Shown here piece after piece: positions 1-11,317 of a stretch of DNA of 26,502 nt. The notes beneath the pieces were generated by a model, which was not told the origin of the DNA, ran no database searches, and worked only from the letters and a program-made list of their open reading frames with translations. A program made the position numbers and the translations under genes. The DNA is from Octopus sinensis (lineage: Eukaryota): assembly GCF_006345805.1 (NCBI RefSeq), contig NW_021834762.1:1-26502 (forward strand), read 5' to 3'. Position 1 is the first letter of the stretch. Every line of letters begins with the position of its first letter.

Positions 1-34
1 CAAAATTTGAAAGCATTATTATTATTATTATTAT

Positions 35-245
35 GGCGGCGGCGAACTGGTACAATCATTAGCACGCCGGGTAAAATGCTAAGCGCATTTCGTCAATCTG
101 TACGTCCTGAGTTCAAATTCCACCGAGGCGGACTTTGCCTTTCATTTTTTCAGGGTTAATAAAACAGGTGTCAGTTGAGCACGGGGTCAATGTAATCGAC
201 TTTTCCATCTCAAAATTACTGGCTTTGCGCTAAAAATTAGAACAA
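35..245 (+). mobile_element. tRNA-derived SINE, family F1 (diverged monomer)
   Basis: GGCGGCGAACTGG head, B-box-like GAGTTCAAATTCC, body CCGAGG..GACTTTGCCTTTCAT shared with other copies in the window; followed by an (ATT)n-type tail. Confidence 0.85.
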
Positions 246-246
246 A

Positions 247-328
247 TTATTATCATTACTACTACTACTACTACTACTGCTGCTGCTACTACTACTACGA
301 TTATTATTATTATTATTATTATTATTAT
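247..328. repeat. Compound microsatellite (ACT/GCT)n-(ATT)n
   Basis: Read directly. Confidence 0.95.
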
Positions 329-881
329 TGAGTGAGAGAGCAGTGCATGCCATCAAAGTGACACTGGGGTAAAATATACGAAGCCCAGTATACCCATCAT
401 GACTACACGTCTGATAAGGGTACACCAGGCACATGCATCACAACCATATATGCGTGACATGGTGAGCTCATATCAAGATAAACAGCACATGACCTTGCAG
501 ATAGGGTCCAGTTAAAATTTTCTGCAGGTCGAGTAGCTCATCCCGATCAAAAGGTCCATGAATAAGGGTTGTTTAAGGATGTTGAATGAAACACCCATGT
601 TTCCAGAGGTGAATTATCCAAACCACAAAGTATCCCTCTCAACACAACACGCGCTATGATGCTCCCCCACTACTTCTTCTGCTCGTGATCAGAGATGCAC
701 ATATCGTCAGCCACTAAGGACATGCTCAACTGTTTAAGGTCAAACAACTGACAAGCAAATCTGTGGTATTGAGCAGAATATTTGCTGTAGCCCATCTTTT
801 ATACCAAGACAAAACGATGTACATGATAACACTTCCAATCAGTTGAGATCAGAAGCCACGGGAGCCACTGTCTGGTACTGC
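329..881 (-). mobile_element. Unclassified interspersed repeat bounded by (AAT)n tracts, possibly a non-LTR retroelement 3' fragment
   Basis: Complex sequence between two (ATT)n tracts, ending CTCTCTCACTC-(AAT)n on the minus strand. Resembles a repeat I recall from octopus DNA; single copy here, class not established. Confidence 0.4.
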
Positions 882-1058
<177 letters not shown>

Positions 1059-1177
1059 GATGTACATCTTACCGTGTACATTCGTAAATATTGTTGTACA
1101 TCTAAGTATTAATTTATTGATCATGATTTCAGGAAATCCGATAAAGCTTGTTTAGTTGTGAAGGTATATTGGGACCA

Positions 1178-1578
1178 GTGGAGGCGCAATGGCCCAGTGT
1201 TTAGGGCAGCGGACTCGCGGTCGTAGGATCGCAGTTTCGATTCCCATACCGGGCGTTGTGAGTGTTTTATTGAGCGAAAACACCTAAAAAGCCCCACAAG
1301 GCTCCGGCAGGGGATGGTGGTGATCCTGCTGTACTCTTTCTCACAACTTTCACCACAACTTTCTCTCACTCTACTTCCTGTTTCTGTTGTACCTGTATTT
1401 CAAGGGCCAGCCTTGTCACTCTCTGTGTCACTCTGAATATCCCCGAGAACTACGTTAGGGTGCACGTGTCTGTGGAGTGCTCAGCCACTTACACGTTAAT
1501 TTCACGAGCAGGCTGTTCCGTTGATTCGGATCAACCGGAATCCTCATCGTCGTAACCGACGGAGTGCTTCCATCACCC
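1178..1578 (+). mobile_element. tRNA-derived SINE, family F2, full length with 12-bp TSD
   Basis: A-box TGGCCCAGTG, B-box GTTTCGATTCC, 3' end CGTAACCGACGGAGTGCTTCCA; ATATTGGGACCA repeated at 1166-1177 and 1579-1590. Confidence 0.92.
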
Positions 1579-1737
1579 ATATTGGGACCAAAATGTGTCC
1601 GGGGTTATTTCCCTTACTCGCAGTTATAATTAGTAAAACAACGGTTTCTAATTCAAGCAGAAAGCCAGCAATTTTGATGGGAGTGGTTACTCTAGACGAT
1701 ATGTCATCAAAATCCACTTCTTAGAATAGTTCGTATT

Positions 1738-1874
1738 TTATTTTATCGACCCCAAAAGTATGAAAGGCGAACGTGGCCGCCGGGCGATTTGAACTCAGGA
1801 TGCCAAGAGCCAGAATAAATATTAGCACAAATCATTCCTTTTCAGGCGCCCTAACGATTCTGCCAGCTCACTGC
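1738..1874 (-). mobile_element. SINE F1, diverged partial copy
   Basis: ATCGACCCC..TGAAAGGC..TTTGAACTCAG..CTAACGATTCTGCCAGCTC matches the reverse complement of F1. Confidence 0.75.
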
Positions 1875-2376
1875 TTGGTGAAATATTTAGATTAATAATC
1901 TTGATCTCCAGCTTAAAGTAGAGGTTGTGTTAAAACACAGAATACTGCATTGTTTACCTTGGGAGAATCTCTCATGACACGTGGTGCATAAAAGCACTCG
2001 AAATTATATCGTTGGCAGACGACAGTCGTTTAGTAAGATTGTCGGAACTGCTAAATCACGTTATTTCACCCTGCTATGGGTTCCTCAGTGACAGATGTCT
2101 AGGAGCGCGATAACAGTGGAATCTGTGTCAATCCAGGCACTCGAGTCACAAATGACAAATGGGTTTATTAAAAGATGATCAATAGCTACAGAAGCTGTGT
2201 TAATACAAAAAAAGTAATCTTGATCGCCAACTTAACGTGGATATAGTTATGGAGCAATCTTGTCTTTTCCTCATCGCATAATATTTCTAATGGGCATAAG
2301 ATGTAGATGATTGCGTTAAATATGATAACATTAAGTTAGTTTTCACCGCTGAACATAATTTCTCCCACGGTGTCAG

Positions 2377-2414
2377 AGCTGGAAGATGCAATAAATCAGT
2401 GTTCTGTACAGATG
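2377..2414 (+). CDS. Possible 38-bp micro-exon (xLEDAINQCSVQM)
   Basis: Preceded by tgtcAG and followed by a strong GTGAGT donor; open frame. No homology recognised. Confidence 0.15.
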
Positions 2415-2729
2415 GTGAGTTATCTCTCATTCGCCGCATGCTACGAAAACTGTCGATAAGCTATGGTCCCGTTTAGGATCTCTGTGATTAGGAAGGGATT
2501 AGGTTCGCGTTCCATGAAAGTGTTCACAAAAAAAAAACCCAAAAAACAAAAACAAAAATAACGGAAGCCACAACAACAGAAAAAACAACAGCAGCAAAGA
2601 TGGTAACAACAACAAAAATATAAATACAGTATAATTACTGATTCTCCCCAAGCTAATGAGGACTATCAATTAATTAACGTAAGGAATTAGAAAACACGTG
2701 CCGTATAGGCATCATCCATCGATCCATAC

Positions 2730-2843
2730 GTACATACATACATGCATACAGACAGACAGGCAGACAGACAGACAGACAGACATGCATCATAAATACATAT
2801 CAGCACAAATCTACGCATACATTCACATCTGTACATTATGGAA

Positions 2844-2879
<36 letters not shown>

Positions 2880-2950
2880 CTATATATATATATATATATA
2901 ATATATATATTATATATATTATATATATATAGATAGATAGATAGATAGAT

Positions 2951-2997
<47 letters not shown>

Positions 2998-3067
2998 TGA
3001 AAGATAGATAGGTAGGTTAGGTAGGTAGGTAGGTAGGTAGGTAGGTAGGTGGATGGATGGATGGATG

Positions 3068-3130
<63 letters not shown>

Positions 3131-3131
3131 T

Positions 3132-3187
<56 letters not shown>

Positions 3188-3190
3188 TAG
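2730..3190. repeat. Compound microsatellite (TACA)(CAGA)(TA)(GATA)(GGTA)(GGAT)(GATA)
   Basis: Read directly. Confidence 0.95.
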
Positions 3191-3448
3191 AAGGCAGTAA
3201 GATTCCTTAATTGCCCCAGTGCCAATTAAGACTTTCGTAAAGGTCGCTGTGCCGTGGATGGCATCAATCGATCTCTCCGTGATTCCATTCCATGCTTTCT
3301 AGCAGAGAAATTCCGGAAACAAATCACCGGGTAGCTTCCATTAGAAAGATGCATCTCGATTCTTCGACTCAATGGCTGAATGATCCAGCATGCTGAGATT
3401 TGTCCAGAGGCGGCAACTATTAGGAAGAACTTATGGAAACATCAAAAT

Positions 3449-3463
3449 TGTGTGTGTGTGTGT

Positions 3464-3495
<32 letters not shown>

Positions 3496-3523
3496 GTGTG
3501 TTGTGTGTGTGTGTGTGTGTGTG

Positions 3524-3559
<36 letters not shown>
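3449..3559. repeat. (GT)n microsatellite
   Basis: Read directly. Confidence 0.95.
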
Positions 3560-3562
<3 letters not shown>

Positions 3563-3889
3563 CTAATTAAATATTATAAGTTTCCTAGATAAGAGAGCGA
3601 AATGAGTTCAGAAACATCCACAGGAATCGGATCACAAGATTGTGCTAGATTATAGCGTTGCCCCACTTTCCCATATACTAATAACTATATATGCATATTT
3701 CGTTTTTGGAATTGGTTTCCAAGATTCTTTATGTGAGTTCGTGTGTTGATATATATTTTAAAACTATTGAAAAAGTTGCAAGACGCAACGAATATTTTAG
3801 AAAAATAAAAAAGAAATAAGTGGAAATTTTACGGGTGAGTGTGTTAAATTATAGGCACCAAAAGAGAATGATTCTCCCCAACACAACAG

Positions 3890-3892
3890 TAT

Positions 3893-3923
<31 letters not shown>

Positions 3924-3965
3924 ATTTTCAAGCAGTGACTTATATACACATATGATATATATATG

Positions 3966-4035
<70 letters not shown>

Positions 4036-4156
4036 ATACATATATATATATACATATGTATATATACATTCATATACAAACACTCATATACAAACGTGTA
4101 AAACATATATGCATGTGTGAGTGTGTATGTGTGTGTGTGTGTGTGTGCATATATAT
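3890..4156. repeat. (TA)n/(TG)n microsatellite cluster
   Basis: Read directly. Confidence 0.9.
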
Positions 4157-4157
4157 A

Positions 4158-4564
4158 GGCGCAGGAGTGGCTGTGTGGTAAGTAGCTTGCTTACCAACAA
4201 CATGCTCCCGAGTTCAGTCTAACTGCTTGGCACCTTGGGCGAGTTTCTTCCACTATAACTTCGGACTGGCCAAAGCCTTGTGAGTAGATTTGGTAGACGG
4301 AAACTTGAAGAAGCCCGTCGTATATATACATATGTATATATGTATTTGTATGTGTGTGTATATGTTTGTGTATCTGTGTTTGTCCCCCCGACATTGCTTG
4401 ACAACCAATGCTGGTGTGTTTACGTCCCCGTAACTTAGCGGTTCGGCAAATAGACCGATAGAACAAGTACTAGGCTTATAAAGGATAATTCCTGGAGTTG
4501 ATTTATTCGACTAAAGGCGATGCTCCAGCATGGCCGCAGTCAAATGACTGAAACAAGTAAAAGA
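4158..4564 (+). mobile_element. tRNA-derived SINE, family F3 (CORE-like segment, internal TA/TG microsatellite), full length
   Basis: GGCGCAGGAGTGGCTGTGTGG head, CACCTTGGGCGAG CORE-like motif, tail TGACAACC..GCTCCAGCATGGCCGCAGTCAAATGACTGAAACAAGTAAAAGA; many copies in the window. Confidence 0.9.
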
Positions 4565-4599
4565 TTCCGCTCAAACGTGTTTGTATCTAGTCCTGCAAA

Positions 4600-4860
4600 T
4601 TGTATTTCTATACGACAGACTATGCTGACGAGTTTGCAGATTTCCATGTATCCATATGCGTGGATATTAACAATCGAAACTGATCGGTACATAGGTAATC
4701 GTGATCATTTCGTATATTTTCATTTGTCTTGCTTATTTTTAACACTTTGGTTTGTGCTGAGTTTTTATTTGAGAACACATTCTTCGTGGAAAATAGCGAT
4801 TTTGACGTCTATATCTAGCATGTTGACCGTCCACTTTTTGTGGTCAGTCCTTTAAATTTA
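4600..4860 (+). mobile_element. Diverged copy of hammerhead-bearing repeat H2 (PLE/retrozyme-like)
   Basis: Aligns by eye to 25370-25612 (e.g. TTTGACGTCTATATCTAGCATGTTGAC, ATTTCGTATATTTT). Confidence 0.8.
4620..4694 (+). ncRNA. Type I hammerhead ribozyme motif (H2, diverged copy)
   Basis: Stem I CUAUG(4620-24)/CAUAG(4690-94); core CUGACGA 4625-31; stem II GUUUG/CAAUC (one mismatch) with inner hairpin UAUCCA/UGGAUA; GAAAC 4676-80; stem III with GAUC loop; GUA triplet 4687-89. Confidence 0.85.
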
Positions 4861-5001
4861 TATATATATATATAGATAGATAGATATAGATACATATAGA
4901 TACATACATATAGATATATAAAATCTCTCCCTCTCTCTCACACAGTTACACATACACACACACATATATACATATAACTATGCATATATATATATATATA
5001 T

Positions 5002-5048
<47 letters not shown>

Positions 5049-5559
5049 AACATTTATTCATACATAATGTGTGGGTTTGTGTGTATGTGCTTTTCTCAGT
5101 CTTTGTATGTTTACGGTTTCAAATTATCATACTTGCTTCTTCTCCTCTCTCTCTCTCACTCTCTCTTTCTTTCTTTCTTTTGTCAATCCACAAACAGAAT
5201 TTCCCGCCACCACCACCACCACCAACGACCATCACCATACCCTCAGAAAAATATTCTCCTCTCAATATCCATATACGAAATAAATATAAGGCATAAACAT
5301 GCCATGTTCACCAGGTAGAGCGAAGGGTACCGTAACCCCATACCCCTTCAACAATCGGTGGGAATTTACTGTTCAAGCTTTACGCCTCTTAGGGGCCAGG
5401 TTGTAGTCAAGAATACATTGCGGATAAAGGCGGAGGAGGAGAAGGTAAGAGCAGTTAACGACAAAAGGGTTCCAAGCAAAACGCCTTAGACAGGGTTAAA
5501 TCGGTTAAGCCGTATCCCATATGTATATGAGTGCGTGGGCGAATATACGTACATGCATG

Positions 5560-5635
5560 CATACATACATACATACATACATACATACATACATACATAC
5601 ATACATACATACATACATACATACATACATACATA
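5560..5635. repeat. (CATA)n microsatellite
   Basis: Read directly. Confidence 0.95.
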
Positions 5636-6175
5636 ATAGACCTGACATAGTAATTAGGGATAGAGAAGAGAAATTGTGTACCGTTCACGAAATCGGCTGC
5701 TTGATGGATGTTAACGTAAAGCTGAAGATCAGCGGAAAAGAAAATACCGACGCTGAACTTTTGAGAAATCTGCAGCTATTTTATCCAGATTACACGTAAT
5801 TATTGGAGCATTAGGATTTACAAGGTCTACGTTCTATATATTCCATATTCCACTACGCATGCTCTGTGTTTCATAATTTGTAACACTACTAAGTATAGTT
5901 GTAGTATAGCCACTGAACTGGTAGATGATTGGATGATGATAAACTACGTAGAGCTCTAATGCAGTATTGGATGTGCATCTAACTGGACATGGAAAGCATA
6001 TATATATATATAATACAAATAAGAAAATGGAGAAACAAATTTCCTTTGTTCATCAACTTACGGATATTATAATGTTGGATTATTTATTCATTTTACAAAT
6101 GAGCACATCAAATGCATACAAAATATTATATAAATCAATAGATAAGATAACCCATAACTCCTATCTTACTTTGTG

Positions 6176-6218
<43 letters not shown>

Positions 6219-7146
6219 TATATAGGTTTATTTTGGTCATGTCAGTTTCTTGCTACTCCAAGTTTCGGCTTTGGGTGTATAGGGTCTTCAAGTTAAGAGT
6301 CATAACTTGTCTGAAGGCTTTGTACCCTACAGACTAAATTCAGACTCGAGACACTGAGAAAATACTAAGATACTTAGTAAAGGCGCTGTTTCGTACTTTG
6401 AGAGATGACTTTGCAATGACATAGACAAGTCTTGTGAATAGCTGTTGAGTTACTAAAACAACATTACAGAGGTACCAACGCAGTGAGAACCATTACTGAC
6501 TTGCAGTCTATTGTGTTGTTCGGGGAGGGTGCGAAAGGGCAATGCAAAAGCATAAACCAATGCTAGCTAAACCCCACACATTTGTCTGACTCGAACAAGT
6601 GGATGTGCAAGGAATTCTAAAGAAGTAGCTCCCATAAGGAATAAAGAAGCAAAGCCCCCAACCTTACGGTATGATTTAATTTTGCCAAAAACTGTTCTGA
6701 TTTTTGGAGTGACAGTATCTTGGAAAAAATAAACAGAGTGGGGATATAAAAAGAAGTGGGAGCTTAAAATATTGTCGTATGAAGAAGAGGATATCAGTGC
6801 ACAGTGCTTGCTCTGATTAGAGGTTGGATATCCTGCGTTTGAAATTAATTCATCAATGTCCTAAGTGGATAGCTTGGAACTTAGAAATGGTAGCAGAGCA
6901 GTGATTCAGGAAATGGAATGTGAAGCAGAAAATTCTAACTCTTGGCAATAGCAGAAAAAGACCAAAGATTAGAGAAAATCGAAAAACAAAAGAATAAAAA
7001 AAAGCAAGAAGCAAATTCTTGGTCAGTAAGAAAGGAAGAGATAGTTCTTGGCGGGAATCATCTCTGTTGCACACCATTGTTTGCGATGGCTGTAAGGATA
7101 CCTTCAAAAACCACATTCTAAATCCTAGTCCAATTATAGTCTTAAG

Positions 7147-7548
7147 CAATGGCTTTCGACTATTTTTTCTTCTTTTTACTTCTGGACCCCTTTGGTTACT
7201 ATTTTGCTCAAGTGGGCCCCCATATCCTTTCGATGTTTAAAGCTTAGTTTTAAAGATACTTCTTTCAAAATCCCTATTTTGTTTGTCACACGTTCCCTTG
7301 TTTAATTAAGCTTGCAGCAGAAATCTGTAAAAGAACATATATCCGCGGAGGGAATCACGTTGAATTCTATAAAACATTAGAGACGGGGAACTCAGCCTGT
7401 TTCTTGCAATAAATATAACTAAACAAAAATTTTCATGAGCCCTTAAAGTACAACTGTGTATTTCCAATATATTATTTTGCTTGTATGGTTCCCCCAAAAC
7501 CTTATGTAGACCCTTAGGGATCACATTGACTTTAGCTGAGAAACACTG
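7147..7548. mobile_element. Old hAT-like MITE
   Basis: Degenerate TIRs CAATGGCTTTCGAC / CTGAGAAACACTG resembling the CAGTGGTTCTCAA type; 8-bp flanks GTCTTAAG / GTACGAAG (5 of 8 identical); subterminal GGACCCC / AGACCC motifs. Confidence 0.55.
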
Positions 7549-7635
7549 GTACGAAGAAGTAGAAAATAATCCATGAACTCAAAGACCAGCAACGACATTG
7601 TAATTAATGATTCAGATAAGTGAAGAGAGGCTGGC

Positions 7636-8015
7636 GGAGGTGCAATGACCTAGTGGTTAGGGCAACGGACTCACGGTCGTAGGATCGCGGTTTCGATTCC
7701 CTGAATGGGCGCTGTGAGTGTTTATTGAGCGAAAACACCTAAAGCTCCACGAAGCTCCAGCAGGGGGTGGTGGCGATCCCTGCTGTACTCTTTCACCACA
7801 ACTTTCTCTCACTCTTTCTTCCTGTTTCTGTTGTACCTGTATTTCAAAGGGTCAGCCTTGTCACTCTTTGTGTCACGCTGAATCTCTCCCGAGAACTACG
7901 TTAAGGGTACACGTGTCTGTGGAGTGCTCAGCCACTTGCACGTTAATATCACGAGCAGGCTATTCCATTGATCGGATGAAATGGAACCCACGTTATCGTA
8001 ACCGACGGAGTGCCA
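7636..8015 (+). mobile_element. SINE F2, full length
   Basis: Colinear with 1178-1578; A/B boxes present; ends CGTAACCGACGGAGTGCCA. Confidence 0.9.
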
Positions 8016-8364
8016 CGGATGTTAAATACAGCAAAAACACACCCCATTCACTCAACTGCGAGACACCACCTACCATGAAATGATAAACAATTACCTAACG
8101 ACGAAAACAATGCAGAAACTGAGCCTCTTTGTTCATCTGTACTGTAAGTGTTTGTCTCATAGGGAGGGGGACTACTTAACGTTCGATGTAGGGCACTCGT
8201 TTGACGTAAACAAACCAACACAAGTTGTCAAGCGGTGAGGAACCAGAGGGAGGAGGATCTCGAAGGCTCTGTGAATGATCATGCAGACTGCCTTCCCTCC
8301 TGACTAAAAAGAAACATCACATCAGCATGAGTTAACATGGTCGCTGAAACTACAAAGAGTGTTG

Positions 8365-8570
8365 AGTTCTATATTTAAGAGATGAGGAATTTTGTACATT
8401 ATTAAATTATTTACATTATTTACATTTGACGGATATTTGTCCTCGTCTTGTTTGTTGTTAACACAACGTTTCGGCTGATATACCCTCCAGCCTTCCTCAG
8501 ATGTCTTGCAGAAATTTGGAACCTGCGTTCTCATTACTAAGGTTCTCATTCCTTACCACTACGCCATATG
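8365..8570 (-). mobile_element. Repeat H1, inverted copy with an internal deletion
   Basis: Reverse complement of 8579-8594 joined to the AGGAATGAGAAC..hammerhead..TTAAATATAGAACT part of the family. Confidence 0.85.
8460..8505 (-). ncRNA. Minimal type I hammerhead motif (H1), intact
   Basis: Minus strand reads GACAU-CUGAGGA-A-GGCUG(GAGGGUAUAU)CAGCC-GAAAC-GUU-GUGUU; palindromic AACGUU stem III; stem I GACAU/GUGUU. Confidence 0.85.
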
Positions 8571-8575
8571 TCCGT

Positions 8576-8954
8576 GCGCATATGGCGTAGTGGTTAAGAG
8601 CGCGGGCTACTAATCCCAAGATTCCGTGTTCGATTCCAAGCAGTGTCAGGAACAACAACAACAACAACAACAACAACAATAATAATAAGAAGAAGAAGAA
8701 GAAGAAAGAAAGAAGAAAGAAAGAAGAAAGAAAGAAGAAGAAAGAAGAAAGAAAGAAGAAAGAAAGAAGAAGAAGAGAAGAAGAAGAAGAAGAAGAAGAA
8801 GAATGATAACATCGCAAAATACCTTAGGAATGAGAACCCAGGTTCGAAATTTCCCCAAGACACCTGATGAAGGCTGGAGGGTATATCAGCCGAAACATTG
8901 TGTTAATAACAAACCAGATGAGGACAAATATCCGTCAAGTGTAAATAATGTACA
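8576..8954 (+). mobile_element. Repeat H1: tRNA-like Pol III head, AAC/GAA microsatellite, hammerhead-bearing tail
   Basis: A-box TGGCGTAGTGG 8583-93, B-box GTTCGATTCC 8628-37, microsatellite 8651-8805, hammerhead 8859-8904. Confidence 0.85.
8859..8904 (+). ncRNA. Minimal type I hammerhead motif (H1), one stem III lesion
   Basis: GACAC-CUGAUGA-A-GGCUG..CAGCC-GAAAC-AUU-GUGUU; A at 8897 breaks the AACGUU palindrome. Confidence 0.75.
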
Positions 8955-9289
8955 AAAAGTGTTCATCAATCCTCCTTTGAAGTATCCACTTCTGCTTTGA
9001 TATTAAAAAAAAAAAGAGGGTACGTTGCACAATCTCGTTTCTCGCATAATCTTAACTGGGACGTCTTTGATAATAAATCGATCAGGGGGGATGTGAGGCT
9101 AAATAACGACAACAATAGCAATAACAATAATAAATGATATTAACCGTACAACCACCGCCACCTCCCTATCGCAACCGCTACGACCATCACTATCATTCTC
9201 ATCACAAACATCTTCGACTAGGGATCGCCTAAAATAGCAGCCCTATTGACTTACCGCATTTGTGTAAAAAAACTCAAGATGCCTTATCT

Positions 9290-9695
9290 TTTAGTTGTTT
9301 CGTTTGACTGTGGCCATGCTGGTGCACAGCCTTGAAGAATTTTAGGCGAATGAATCTCCTCCCGTACTTATTGTCTTTTTAAACCCGGCATATATTCTAT
9401 CAGCTAAGTTACGGGGACGTAAACAAAGCAACACCGGTTGTCAAGCGGTGAGGGGACAAACACAGACACAAACATACATACACATACACAAACGCACGCA
9501 CGCGCACGCACACACGCACGCGCACGCACACACGCACACACATACATATATATATACGAAGGTTTCTTTCAGTTTCCATGTACCAGATCCACACGCAAGG
9601 CCCGAGGCTATAGTAGAAGATATACGCTTAGGTGCCAGGCTGTGGGACTGAACCTGGAACCAAGTGGCCGAGAAGCTAGCTTTTTACCGCACACC
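9290..9695 (-). mobile_element. SINE F3, diverged full-length copy
   Basis: Reverse complement of F3 tail, internal CA/CG repeat and head. Confidence 0.85.
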
Positions 9696-9814
9696 AACAT
9701 GTGTTCCTTAAAGTTTTGACCACGGCGGGATTTGAACTCAAGGCGCAGAGAGTTGGAACAAATATGCGAAGCTTTCTAGCCAACATTCTAAAGACTCAGT
9801 CAATTCGCTGCCTT

Positions 9815-9878
9815 TTCGAATAAAGTCATGGCTGGAATAACTTTAATTCGAATAAAGTCATGGCTGGAATAACTTTAA
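9815..9878. repeat. Perfect 32-bp tandem duplication
   Basis: TTCGAATAAAGTCATGGCTGGAATAACTTTAA twice. Confidence 0.95.
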
Positions 9879-9977
9879 TTATTTGTCTAATCAATGATGA
9901 ATGAGTACATGCTAGAAATAATAACCAAAACAAAAACGCACTCAAATCGTACCTTTATAAAAAAAATAAATAAATTT

Positions 9978-10730
9978 GTACTCCGTCGGTTAAGACGATG
10001 AGCGTTCCAGTTGACCCGATCAACGGAACACCTTACTCGTGAAATTAACTTGCAAGTAGCTGAGCATTCCTCATACATGAATACCTATTTCTTTACTACC
10101 CACAAGGGGCTAAACACATAGGAGAGAAACAAAGACAGACAAACGGATTAAGTCGATTACATCGACCCCAGTGCGTAACTGGTACTTAATTCATCGACCC
10201 CGAAAGGATGAAAGGCAAAGTCGACCTCGGCGGAATTTGAACTCAGAACGTAACGGCAGACGAAATACCTATTTCTTTACTGTCCACAAGGGGCTAAACA
10301 CAGGAGACAAACAAGGATAGACAGATGGATTAAGTCGATTATATCGACCCCAGTGCGTAACTGGTACTTAATTTTTCGACCCCGAAAGGATGAAAGGCAA
10401 AGTCAACCTCGGCGGAATTTGAACTCAGAACGTTACGGTAGACGAAATACCGCTAAGCATTTCGCCCGGCGTGCTAACGATTCTGCCAGCTCGCCACCTT
10501 GCATATATGTGTGCCTTCAACGTAGTTCTGAGGGAGATTCAGTGTGACACAGAATGTGACAAGAATGGCCCTTTGTAATTACAGGTACAACACATTTTTT
10601 GTCAGCTCCGTCGACTGGAGCAAGGTAAAATAAAGAGACTTGCTCAAGGATATAGCGCACCGCCGGGGGATCGAACATGAGACGTTACGATCGCAAGCCG
10701 AAAACCCTAATCTCTAAGCCATGCACTTCA
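9978..10730 (-). mobile_element. SINE F4 (tRNA head plus CORE-like CTTGAGCAAG segment) with the F2-type tail, interrupted by an F1 insertion
   Basis: Head about 10730-10592; tail segments 10592-10505 and 10078-9978 match the 3' module of F2. Confidence 0.75.
10081..10498 (-). mobile_element. SINE F1: one head plus two tandem 184-bp bodies
   Basis: Unit marker ATACCTATTTCTTTAC at 10081 and 10265; single head at about 10448-10498. Confidence 0.92.
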
Positions 10731-10735
10731 TAATC

Positions 10736-10875
10736 GTACCCTTCGGATTCCAAGAATGAATACGTATATAGACTATGTCTAATTAAAGACGAGATGGTCA
10801 TTATTGTACCCTTCGGATTCCAAGAATGAATACGTATATAGACTATGTCTAATTAAAGACGAGATGGTCATTATT
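10736..10875. repeat. Perfect 70-bp tandem duplication
   Basis: GTACCCTTCGGATTCC...GATGGTCATTATT at 10736-10805 and 10806-10875. Confidence 0.95.
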
Positions 10876-10949
10876 GGAATGTATGTGATTATAAGTTTGT
10901 TCTGTCAAGAACTGGCAAATATAACCATCAACATCAACATCAACAACAG

Positions 10950-11317
10950 GACGCGCAATGGCTCAGTGTTTAGGGCAGCGGACTCGCGGTCGGAGGATCG
11001 CGGTTTCGATTCCCTGACTAGCCGTTGTGTGTGTTTATTGAGCGAAAACACCTAAAGCTCCACGAAGCTCCGGCAGGGGGTGGTGGCGACCCCTGTTGTA
11101 CTCTTTTGCCCCAACTTTCTCTCACTCTTTCTTCCTGTTTCTTGTTCCCGACTTCCTACGCAACCGCTGAGCCTGGATGCGCAATAATCCATCCGTCGAT
11201 GCTCTCGGTGCCGGGGGGTGACCTGCTTTCTCTTCTGCGGGTCTTACGAATAGCAAAGGACCACGTCCCGGACTTCTCCCACTACAAACATGGGACGAAG
11301 ACAGCTTCGTTCAACAG
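10950..11317 (+). mobile_element. SINE F2 variant with an alternative 3' tail and 15-bp TSD
   Basis: Matches F2 up to CTTCCTGTTTC (11141), then an unrelated tail; CAACATCAACAACAG at 10935-10949 and 11318-11332. Confidence 0.88.

Noticed and set aside
2052-2092. Minus-strand CUGAGGA-ACCC(6 nt)GGGU-GAAAU motif
   Set aside because: Core and stem II look hammerhead-like, but no NUH triplet is in register with stem I (AACG precedes UGAU). At best an eroded relic.
5722-5760. CTGAAGA core matches at about 5722, 13077 and 15529 (+) and CTGACGA matches near 704 and 20122 (-)
   Set aside because: No GAAA after a closing stem II and no stem III/NUH; expected by chance.
6360-7146. A-rich unique-looking stretch as a decayed LINE ORF2
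   Set aside because: No RT or endonuclease motif could be read in any frame.
8576-8650. H1 head (and F1-F4 heads) as genuine tRNA genes
   Set aside because: A and B boxes are present but acceptor and anticodon stems do not close; they are SINE heads.
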